Assembly (NCBI GenBank): GCA_043753995.1
Contig: JAYUVP010000276.1
Location: 1-12,950, forward strand
DNA: 12,950 nt
Direction of reading: 5' to 3'
Source of the DNA: Fibrobacterota bacterium
GTDB taxonomy: Bacteria; Fibrobacterota; Fibrobacteria; UBA11236
Part shown: piece by piece, positions 1-7,984 of the stretch
Numbering within the stretch: the stretch's first letter is position 1
Layout: every line of letters starts with the position of its first letter
Notes under the pieces: model-generated
Told to the model about the DNA's origin: nothing
The model's input: the letters and a program-made list of their open reading frames with translations, nothing else
Database searches by the model: none
Program-made: the position numbers and the translations under genes

Positions 1-1
1 C

Positions 2-676
2 CTTTGTCGGTAGCTGAAATGGGTTTTGCTCCCAAAACGAAGAATCTTGCGGTCCGGCTATAAAAGCCTGCACGGTATCCCCATACCATTGGTATTTCAT
101 GCCATATAGCGGAACTTGCCAAAGACAACCCAAAAAATATTCTTCGAGGGTAATGCCACTATACTTGATTCGATTTTGTTGCAAAAAAATGCGCGCGAAC
201 TCCGCTTCTTGATTCGGTTTCCAGTCAGAAAAGGTGAATCCATTCTCGATTTCTTCCCTGGATAATAATCGGCTTCCGGAAAAGCTCAACTGCAGCAAAT
301 AGTTCGCATGGTTTAGAAATTGACTACCCGACCCCAGCTTAAAATCGCGACCCGGACTTAATGCTCCGGGCAAGGCTAGCCAGGCGAGATAGGCATCGGG
401 CGGCGAGTCAAAGCGCCAAAGGGCAAGCCTTAAAGATTCACCCCCATTTCCAATAGTCCAATGACTGAGATGGGTCGGCGAAGGCAATATGCTCCCTTCT
501 GGATAAATCAAACCCAAAGCGGAATCCAAGGATTCCATGGTCGTACTTTCGAGGAGCATCGGTGCTTTTTTCCATTCCGGCACCGGATTCGCAGTTTTGT
601 TTTCACCAACACAGTAGGTCAGGCCTATCCAAGCCGCTAAGGCGGAGCCTGGGCCAAGGCCAATCCACCACCTCAT
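2..676 (-). CDS. Exported or lipoprotein-like hypothetical protein, possibly DUF6599-like; 3' end runs off the window
   Basis: Not in the ORF track because it has no stop in the window. Translated by hand from ATG at 676-674: MRWWIGLGPGSALAAWIGLTYCVGENK...LRLALWRFDSPPDAYLAW...EFARIFLQQNRIKYSGITLEEYFLGCLWQVPLYGMKYQW...QLPTK, 225 codons with no stop. The ATG overlaps the upstream TGA (ATGA, 673-676). The hydrophobic N-terminus ends in Cys22. The DUF6599 resemblance is from memory only. Confidence 0.75.
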   Translation of the reverse strand, partial: MRWWIGLGPGSALAAWIGLTYCVGENKTANPVPEWKKAPMLLESTTMESLDSALGLIYPEGSILPSPTHLSHWTIGNGGESLRLALWRFDSPPDAYLAWLALPGALSPGRDFKLGSGSQFLNHANYLLQLSFSGSRLLSREEIENGFTFSDWKPNQEAEFARIFLQQNRIKYSGITLEEYFLGCLWQVPLYGMKYQWYGDTVQAFIAGPQDSSFWEQNPFQLPTK

Positions 677-1491
677 ATTTTCATCCCTTTTCCAATGGAG
701 CAATGCCGCTGCAAAGGGCAATTTCCGCAGCCCTGGCGCACTTGTTGACAGGCAAAGGCATTGGGTCCACGACGCTCCAGAAACTCATCCAAAGGCAAGA
801 CCGCATTCCATGCTGAATGCGGTGATATTTCTTTCGCCATGGCGGCTCCAAGCCTTAGTTTATGGTCGGGCAAGGCCGCCTTCCATTTTTTTTTTGTCGC
901 AAGTGTCCCAAATTCATAAACAAAACGAGATACACCCATGCTGACTGGGGGGAAGCCTGCTTCGCTCAAATGGGCCGGAAGCAAATGGACGCGTTCGCAA
1001 AGCCAAAAGAAATAGCGCGGCTTATTGCGATACTCCGAGTTTTTCCCCATCCAAAACAGGGACTCGGCCAATTGGTTCACACCTTCTTCGAAATGCTTTA
1101 AACGGGCGAGAAACCGAAGAACGGATCCTTCTCGAAAAAAAAAATCCGTCACGCTCCGTAAGACCCCGGGAATCCGGATCAGCGAACTTTCCGGAAGGCC
1201 TTCTACCCCAGAAAGAAAGGCAGTCAAATCTTCATAGGGCCTATGGCTGAGTCGGAAAATTTGAATTCCGAATCGATCCCAAAGTAAAAGCAAAAAGTCG
1301 CCCATTTTGGACTCGGGTATCAATCCTTTCAATGCCGCGGCGAAAAGCAAAAAGGCCGAACCACGCTCGCTGGCAGGTTCAAAGGGCAATAAGGGAAACC
1401 AATCGGGAATTATGTCCGCACGCTGCGAAACATAGGCCTGAATATTGGCGCTAAGCCTTTTATCGCCTAGTGTCCCCAGCAAGGCCGTCAT
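673..1491 (-). CDS. HhH-GPD / endonuclease III superfamily-like protein (DUF2400/TIGR02757-like) with C-terminal [4Fe-4S] motif
   Basis: 272 aa. The C-terminal CQQVRQGCGNCPLQRHC (nt 700-750) is an exact C-x6-C-x2-C-x5-C EndoIII/MutY cluster motif. PPVSMGVSRF aligns with the family's PVDTHVxR motif. ATGA overlaps at both ends (1488-1491, 673-676) support the boundaries. Confidence 0.7.
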   Translation of the reverse strand: MTALLGTLGDKRLSANIQAYVSQRADIIPDWFPLLPFEPASERGSAFLLFAAALKGLIPESKMGDFLLLLWDRFGIQIFRLSHRPYEDLTAFLSGVEGLPESSLIRIPGVLRSVTDFFFREGSVLRFLARLKHFEEGVNQLAESLFWMGKNSEYRNKPRYFFWLCERVHLLPAHLSEAGFPPVSMGVSRFVYEFGTLATKKKWKAALPDHKLRLGAAMAKEISPHSAWNAVLPLDEFLERRGPNAFACQQVRQGCGNCPLQRHCSIGKGMKI

Positions 1492-2348
1492 TCGCCAACC
1501 ATGGCCTCCCCCAGGCGAATCTTGCGCGGGCTATCCTCCAGCACCCAGGGTAAAAGCTTGGGCGACCAAGTACGGGAAAGCAATAAAACCACGGTCGATC
1601 CCATTTCAAAGCATCCCAGGCCACCGGCTTTGGCCACGGGCAAGGGACGTCCTCCAGGCAAGGGAATTTCACGTTCACCCGTGATGCCGGCGGAATTCGC
1701 ACAAAAGCCGGGAATGGCGTCCAAGGTAATGCGGCCAACATTGGTGGCGCCTATCATGGCCACCACGACCTTCCCCTGGGGATGCTCGCAGCCCACCAAG
1801 ACGCGCTCATTGCGCACGAAAAGGTCACGCACGCCCCGTACGCTCCAAGAATTCACTGGCCATAAGGCCCCAGGCACATGGGAAATACGGGTGATTTCCG
1901 ACTCGCAGGGCGAGTGAATGCGATGATAATTGTAGGGCGCCAAATAGATTGTGATAAAGGTGCCGCCTGAGAAATCTTCGGGCTGCCAACCTGGAGGCAA
2001 AAAATCGGAGAGGGCATACTCTATGCCCTTGGCTTGTAAAAGCCGACCTTGGGCTTGTATCGGTCCACGCAAGGTCGCAAGGCCGTCCACCGGGGAGATC
2101 AGAGACACGGGTGCGATAAGACGCGCGCTCGGCTTCAGCTTCCGAATAAAAAATTGGCCGAAGGTCGAATAATGCGACAGAGGAAATTCGGCTTCATCGA
2201 CATCAATGCGATAGAGTCGAATCAGGGTGTCCCGAATCTGGGTATGCAAACCGAAAGGCCATGGACGGCGCACCGCCCAGCCAACCCAACGACTTAAATG
2301 GTTTTTGGGAATCAAGGCCATTAAGGCCAAACGCCAGTCCAAAATCAT
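1488..2348 (-). CDS. psd: Phosphatidylserine decarboxylase proenzyme (286 aa)
   Basis: Motifs FFIRKLK, SPVDG, QAKGIEY, YLAPYNYHRIHSP, RNERV, GATNVG and the self-cleavage motif FEMGSTVV (LGST-type). Start moved to ATG 2348 (MILDWRL...) because the track's 2504 start lies inside the tRNA gene. Confidence 0.95.
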   Translation of the reverse strand: MILDWRLALMALIPKNHLSRWVGWAVRRPWPFGLHTQIRDTLIRLYRIDVDEAEFPLSHYSTFGQFFIRKLKPSARLIAPVSLISPVDGLATLRGPIQAQGRLLQAKGIEYALSDFLPPGWQPEDFSGGTFITIYLAPYNYHRIHSPCESEITRISHVPGALWPVNSWSVRGVRDLFVRNERVLVGCEHPQGKVVVAMIGATNVGRITLDAIPGFCANSAGITGEREIPLPGGRPLPVAKAGGLGCFEMGSTVVLLLSRTWSPKLLPWVLEDSPRKIRLGEAMVGE

Positions 2349-2387
2349 GGGGTCACAATGTAGGGAAAATGGGGAATGATAATGGGA

Positions 2388-2414
2388 AATGAAAACGGAC
2401 GAATGAAAACGGAC
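2388..2414. repeat. Tandem direct repeat, 2 x AATGAAAACGGAC (14-nt period)
   Basis: Exact 13-mer at 2388-2400 and 2402-2414 in the tRNA-psd spacer. Confidence 0.85.
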
Positions 2415-2454
2415 TTTACCGGAAATGAGAAGGCTACCCGGATTGTAAAAATAT

Positions 2455-2541
2455 TGGTGCGGTCGCGCGGACTTGAACCGCGAAGGGGTTGCCCCCACCA
2501 GCACCTCAAGCTGGCGTGTCTACCAATTTCACCACGACCGC
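2455..2541 (-). tRNA. tRNA-Leu(GAG), 87 nt, encoded CCA
   Basis: Reverse complement GCGGTCGTGGTGAAATTGGTAGACACGCCAGCTTGAGGTGCTGGTGGGGGCAACCCCTTCGCGGTTCAAGTCCGCGCGACCGCACCA. Acceptor stem GCGGTCG/CGACCGC, anticodon arm CCAGC-TTGAGGT-GCTGG, long variable arm GGGG-GCAA-CCCC, T arm CGCGG-TTCAAGT-CCGCG. Its position after secG matches the widespread secG-leuU arrangement. Confidence 0.98.
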
Positions 2542-2583
2542 AAAAGACTTCAGCCAAGCGGTATCACCCGCTATCCGTAGAGG

Positions 2584-2988
2584 TTACGGATTCTTGGCAG
2601 GTGCAGCAGGCAGGCCTGGGATGGCTTGATTAGCCTCTCCCCCACCTAAACCAGGAATGGCCCCGGCTGCGGGCGCCGTCTTCGGCAAGGCATTGGAAAT
2701 GCCCTTCGAAGCGCCCTTCAATTCTGATTCACCCATTCGAGCACCGCTACGCTTGGTGCCAATGACACCAAGGCTGAGAATCAGGACAAAAAAGCCAAGG
2801 CAGAAATACCAAGTCAATTTGGTCAAGAAAGTCGCTGTGCTGCTGCCTGAAAAGGCTGCGCCGCCGCCCATGCCGCCGAAAGCGCCGGCCAAGCCACCGC
2901 CCTTGTCATTCTGCAACATGACCAAAAGCACCAAGAAAAGGCACACCACCACGTGCAAGATGACCAAGATGGTGAAAAGAAGACCCAT
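2584..2988 (-). CDS. secG: Preprotein translocase subunit SecG
   Basis: Two hydrophobic helices flanking LQNDKGGGLAGAFGG...GSSTATFLTKLT, an Ala/Pro/Gly-rich tail, and tpiA-secG-tRNA-Leu synteny. Confidence 0.95.
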   Translation of the reverse strand: MGLLFTILVILHVVVCLFLVLLVMLQNDKGGGLAGAFGGMGGGAAFSGSSTATFLTKLTWYFCLGFFVLILSLGVIGTKRSGARMGESELKGASKGISNALPKTAPAAGAIPGLGGGEANQAIPGLPAAPAKNP

Positions 2989-3037
2989 AATTTTTTGCCT
3001 TCGCGTTCCCTTAGTTTTGCCTTAGCTTGACCAGGTT

Positions 3038-3793
3038 TTAAGCGGCGGAAATAATACCCATAAAGGCGTCAGCCTTCAAGGCAGCGCCACCGATCAATCC
3101 GCCATCCACGTCATTTTGGGCCAAAAGACCCTGGGCATTTTCAGCCTTCATGCTCCCGCCATATTGAATACGTAGGGCGGAAGCGACGACCTGTCCAAAT
3201 TGGGCCAGCAATAAACCACGAATGAAGGCATGCACTTCTTGAGCCTGTGCGTCGCTGGCGGTGCGGCCCGTGCCGATGGCCCAAACGGGTTCATAGGCAA
3301 TCACGGTATTCAAGGCTTGTTCGGCCGTGAGGCCCGCATACGCAGCCTTCATTTGGGTGGCTACGACAGCTTCGGTGCGATTGCCTTCACGCTCCGCCAG
3401 AGTTTCTCCGACGCAAATGATGGGCTTTAGGCCTTCAGCCAAAACCTTACCCACTTTTCGCCGCACGGTTTCATCGGTTTCACCGAAAAAGCTGCGCTGC
3501 TCGCTGTGCCCGAGTATCACAAACTGAACGCCGAGGGATTTGAGCATATCCGTCGAAACCTTGCCGGTAAATGCGCCTTGGCCTTCCCAGTGCACGTCCT
3601 GTGCACCGAGCAAAACCTGGGTGCCCTTTACGATGGCGGAGATGCGATCAAGAGCTAAAAAGGTGGGGCAAATCACGATTTCGCAATTCACGGTCTTGCC
3701 TGACACGGCAGCCACCAATTCCGTGGCGAGGCGAGCGCTCTCGTCCACGGTCTTGTTCATTTTCCAATTGCCAGCGATGATTTTGCGTCGCAT
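3038..3793 (-). CDS. tpiA: Triosephosphate isomerase
   Basis: AGNWKMN, GHSEQR, AYEPVWAIGTG, YGGS and GGLIGGA motifs; 251 aa. Confidence 0.98.
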   Translation of the reverse strand: MRRKIIAGNWKMNKTVDESARLATELVAAVSGKTVNCEIVICPTFLALDRISAIVKGTQVLLGAQDVHWEGQGAFTGKVSTDMLKSLGVQFVILGHSEQRSFFGETDETVRRKVGKVLAEGLKPIICVGETLAEREGNRTEAVVATQMKAAYAGLTAEQALNTVIAYEPVWAIGTGRTASDAQAQEVHAFIRGLLLAQFGQVVASALRIQYGGSMKAENAQGLLAQNDVDGGLIGGAALKADAFMGIISAA

Positions 3794-3819
3794 GCGTATT
3801 ACCCTCGGTGACTAAGTCG

Positions 3820-5016
3820 TTATTTGTCGGTTAAAGCGGCTACGCCGGGAAGGGTTTTGCCTTCTAGAAATTCTAAGGAGGCGCCGCCACCTGTAGAGAC
3901 ATGCGAAACCTTGGCTTCCAGATTGGCTTTTTCAATTGCCGAAGCCGAATCACCGCCGCCGATGATGGTGATGGTGCCTTTAGCCGTGGCATCGGCCAAA
4001 GCCTGAGCTACGCCGAAAGTGCCAACGGCACTTTCTTCGATTTCAAAGACGCCCATAGGGCCATTCCACACCACGGTTTTTGCGTCCTTGATGATGGAGG
4101 AATAAAGGGCGACGGTTTCCGGTCCAATGTCCACGGATTCCATGTCAGCGGGCAAAGCGCCGCGCATCACGGTTTTCAGGGGTGAGCCGAGCTTCAAGGC
4201 CTTGAAGTCGAGCGAGGTCGTCACCTTATAGTCAACAGGCAATTGAATTTTTCCGGCCGCACGCTTGAGCAAATCGCCCGCCAATTCAATCTTGTCCTTT
4301 TCGCAAAGGGACTTGCCGATTTCTTCGCCTTGGCTTTTCAAAAACGTATAAGCCATGCCGCCCCCAATGAGCAGCTTATCGACCTTGGGAAGCAAGGCTT
4401 CGATGACGTCGATTTTGCCCGAAATTTTCGAGCCGCCGATGATGGAAACAAAAGGACGCTTGGGTTGGTCGAGGGCGCCGCCCAAAAAGTCGAGCTCTTT
4501 CTTCATCAAATAGCCGGCGGCATTGACCTTGAGATAATGGGTAATGCCTTCGGTGGAGCCATGGGCACGATGTGCCGTGCCGAAAGCGTCATTCACATAA
4601 ATCTCAGCGAGCTTGGCCAATTTCTGGGCGAAGGCCGGATCGTTTTTTTCTTCTTCGGCATGAAAGCGAAGGTTTTCCAAAAGGAGAACTTCCCCGTTTT
4701 TCAAGCCTTCCACGGCGGCCTCGACTTCAGGCCCGATGCAATCGCTCACGGTTTTAACGGGCTGACCGAGCAAGGCCGAAAGTGCCTTAGCCACGGGGGC
4801 CATGCGCAAACCTTCGGTAACGCCCTTGGGGCGTCCGAGATGCGACATCAAAATCGTGCGCGCACCTTTGCCTGCCAAGTACTTGATGGAAGGCAAGGAC
4901 TCGCGCAAGCGCTTGTCATTGTCGACTTGCCCATCTTGCAGGGGGACGTTGAAGTCGACGCGCATGATGACGCGCTTGCCTTGAACCTGGAGGTCTTCGA
5001 TGAATAGCTTGGCCAT
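3820..5016 (-). CDS. pgk: Phosphoglycerate kinase (398 aa)
   Basis: [44 protein letters not shown] and STGGGASLE motifs. Start reassigned to ATG 5016 (MAKLFIEDL) with a GGAG just upstream; the track's 5130 start runs through a terminator hairpin. Confidence 0.98.
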   Translation of the reverse strand: MAKLFIEDLQVQGKRVIMRVDFNVPLQDGQVDNDKRLRESLPSIKYLAGKGARTILMSHLGRPKGVTEGLRMAPVAKALSALLGQPVKTVSDCIGPEVEAAVEGLKNGEVLLLENLRFHAEEEKNDPAFAQKLAKLAEIYVNDAFGTAHRAHGSTEGITHYLKVNAAGYLMKKELDFLGGALDQPKRPFVSIIGGSKISGKIDVIEALLPKVDKLLIGGGMAYTFLKSQGEEIGKSLCEKDKIELAGDLLKRAAGKIQLPVDYKVTTSLDFKALKLGSPLKTVMRGALPADMESVDIGPETVALYSSIIKDAKTVVWNGPMGVFEIEESAVGTFGVAQALADATAKGTITIIGGGDSASAIEKANLEAKVSHVSTGGGASLEFLEGKTLPGVAALTDK

Positions 5017-5077
5017 GGAGTGCTCCGCGAGTTGGGACCGGAGAAGGGTGAAGAATGTTCCGCCGCGAGACGCGGTC

Positions 5078-5120
5078 GAAAAAGGAAAAGGAAAACCGCC
5101 TCGGCCAAAACCGAGGCGGT
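5078..5120 (-). terminator. Intrinsic terminator-like hairpin between gap and pgk
   Basis: Minus strand ACCGCCTCGG-TTTTGG-CCGAGGCGGT (perfect 10-bp stem, 5095-5104 / 5111-5120) followed by TTTCCTTTTCCTTTTT, about 22 nt after the gap stop. Confidence 0.8.
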
Positions 5121-5142
5121 CATGAGTCACAGGACCGAAAGC

Positions 5143-6237
<1,095 letters not shown>

Positions 6238-6261
6238 TTATGCTTGTTTGAAAGCCCGCGA

Positions 6262-6291
6262 AATATAAGTGCCAATGTCCATGCCTGCCAA
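6262..6291 (-). promoter_or_regulatory. Putative sigma70-type promoter for gap
   Basis: Minus strand TTGGCA (6291-6286), 18-nt spacer, TATATT (6267-6262), about 45 nt upstream of the gap start. Consensus match only. Confidence 0.45.
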
Positions 6292-6373
6292 TGACGCAAA
6301 GTTGACACTCAAATGCCGAAGCAGCCTTTTGTGTCCGAAAGTGTTAGGGGCGTTCTCAAAACACCGACAAAGT

Positions 6374-7984
6374 TCAAGAACGATCCGGTAGAAAGCCGTA
6401 TCGTTCTCGGTTGCGATCGAGGATCATGGTCGCAATAATTTTTGGCACATATTGATTGGTTTCGTCTGCCAAAATGCCCATACGATAGATATACCAGAAG
6501 TCGCGATTATTCACTGGATCGTCAATTCTGCGAAGGGCGGCGCGAATGCGGCCTTCACCAGCATTGTAAGCCGCCATGGCGAGTGCCACGTCGCCAAATT
6601 CCGCATAGAGCAGCTTCAGGTATTTCACGCCCGCAGGGGTGGCTTGCAGAGGGTGAATGCGAGGATCCTCCTCTGCGGACAATTCGCTCCAATTAATGGG
6701 GACATTAAGCCCGAATTGACGGGCAGTTGCGGGCATCAATTGCCATAGCCCACGTGCACCAACTCGGCTAATGATGGCGGAATCGAGCATGCTCTCATGC
6801 ATGGCCACATAAAAAAAAGCGAGGGGCATACCCTGCTTGAGAAGCTCAGCCTCAATGACCCGACGATGCATGGGCTTATTCTCGAAACTGCGCTCGATAA
6901 TTTTTCGCGAAGAGGTGCGCGAGAAGGTCTGAATATGCTTTTCAACTTGATTAATGAAAATGTCAGGAACGATATAGTCGCGCTTGCCGAACTCCTGCAG
7001 AATTTGATGTATTTCGCGACCCAGCGGATTTTTATATGTGTTTATGATGTCTTTCGACTGCAAATTGGTGCGCACGGAAACCAATTGACGCTCAGCGGCG
7101 CGGAGTTTGGCTACTAGCAATTCCTTTTCATGATCGATGACCAGGGGGGCATCGCCTTGCACTGGAGTTTGCGGTTGCATGGAGGCAAGTTCGTTCTCAA
7201 GCGACTTCACATTGGAAAGCAAGTCCTGCTGCTTCTTTAACTTGCCGCGATAGCCCATATTTTGCCAGGCCAAGAAACTCACGACGATAGTAGCCACGGC
7301 TACTATGGCTCCGATGGTTATTCTCGCCGTGCGACGACTGCTATGATGCGATTTGGCGGCCTGCGCAATCATGCGGGCTTCCTTGCCGCTTAGAATCCCC
7401 GCCTTTGCAAGACGATTGGCCCGCTTGCTGTCCTTAAGGACTTGATTCATTTCCTCATGTCCGGCTTCGTCGTCACGTATGCGATGGGCCAAACCAATGG
7501 TATAACTTCCAGCGTCGGCGCCGGATGGATTCACGGGTGGCCCACCAAAACCGGGAGGCGGCTGCCAACCGGGACCATCGATTTTAGTGCGTACCTGGGT
7601 TTGGGTGGGCTTGAGGGCCGAAGTGCTTGAAGCTGAAGGTTGCGGTTTGAATGTCGTCGTATCTGTGGCCTGGCCCACCGGTAAAATGCGTAGCTTGGGT
7701 CCGTTCTGGCCCAGGCTTATGATTTGATCGGCCTGCAAATAGGCCTCGGTAATGCGTTCACCATTCACCCAAGTGCCATTGGTCGAACCCAGATCACGCA
7801 AAATGAGCTGATCGCCCTCGGTTACGATTTCGGCATGCTTGGAGCTCACCAAGGTGCCGTCCGGCCCTGCGAAGCAAAGCACATTGGTCGGAGCCCGGCC
7901 CATGCTAATGATTTGGTCGGCCTTGATTTTGCGACCCACCTGCACTCCGGAAATGATTTGAATCAAAAATTGGCTCGAACTCAA
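6374..7984 (-). CDS. FHA domain - transmembrane helix - coiled coil - MltD-like lytic transglycosylase (SLT) fusion, 536 aa
   Basis: FHA signature residues GR, SSKH and DLGSTNGTWVNG. TM helix ITIGAIVAVATIVVSFLAW (about 7265-7321) preceded by basic SRRTAR. SLT motifs AMHES (catalytic Glu codon 6796-6794), ARGLWQLMPATARQFGL, AAYNAGEGRI and ETNQYVPKI. Start reassigned to TTG 7984, which overlaps the upstream TGA (TTGA) and has GAGG 7 nt upstream. Confidence 0.88.
   Translation of the reverse strand: MSSSQFLIQIISGVQVGRKIKADQIISMGRAPTNVLCFAGPDGTLVSSKHAEIVTEGDQLILRDLGSTNGTWVNGERITEAYLQADQIISLGQNGPKLRILPVGQATDTTTFKPQPSASSTSALKPTQTQVRTKIDGPGWQPPPGFGGPPVNPSGADAGSYTIGLAHRIRDDEAGHEEMNQVLKDSKRANRLAKAGILSGKEARMIAQAAKSHHSSRRTARITIGAIVAVATIVVSFLAWQNMGYRGKLKKQQDLLSNVKSLENELASMQPQTPVQGDAPLVIDHEKELLVAKLRAAERQLVSVRTNLQSKDIINTYKNPLGREIHQILQEFGKRDYIVPDIFINQVEKHIQTFSRTSSRKIIERSFENKPMHRRVIEAELLKQGMPLAFFYVAMHESMLDSAIISRVGARGLWQLMPATARQFGLNVPINWSELSAEEDPRIHPLQATPAGVKYLKLLYAEFGDVALAMAAYNAGEGRIRAALRRIDDPVNNRDFWYIYRMGILADETNQYVPKIIATMILDRNRERYGFLPDRS

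Noticed and set aside
2356..2430. CRISPR-like array in the tRNA-psd spacer
   Set aside because: Only two 13-nt copies separated by 1 nt, with no spacers and no cas genes.
2349..2470. tRNA-Leu 3' end as the attachment site of an integrated element
   Set aside because: No integrase follows it, I saw no duplicate of the tRNA 3' end in the window, and the next gene is housekeeping psd.
2349..2504. 52-aa N-terminal extension of Psd in the ORF track
   Set aside because: It overlaps the tRNA-Leu gene and the low-complexity spacer. Psd-like sequence begins at Met 2348.
4243..5007. 254-aa plus-strand ORF antisense to pgk (and 3901-4185)
   Set aside because: Same antisense shadow effect; it lies entirely within a clearly genuine gene.
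5017..5130. 38-aa N-terminal extension of Pgk
   Set aside because: It runs through the terminator hairpin. ATG 5016 has an SD and matches normal Pgk N-termini.
6258..6276. Sigma54 promoter upstream of gap (TTGGCAC on the minus strand)
   Set aside because: The -24-like element is present, but the -12 position reads TTTC rather than TTGC.
6374..6900. SLT domain as a prophage or conjugation transglycosylase
   Set aside because: There are no phage, T4SS or integrase genes nearby, and the domain is MltD-like and fused to FHA and a TM helix.
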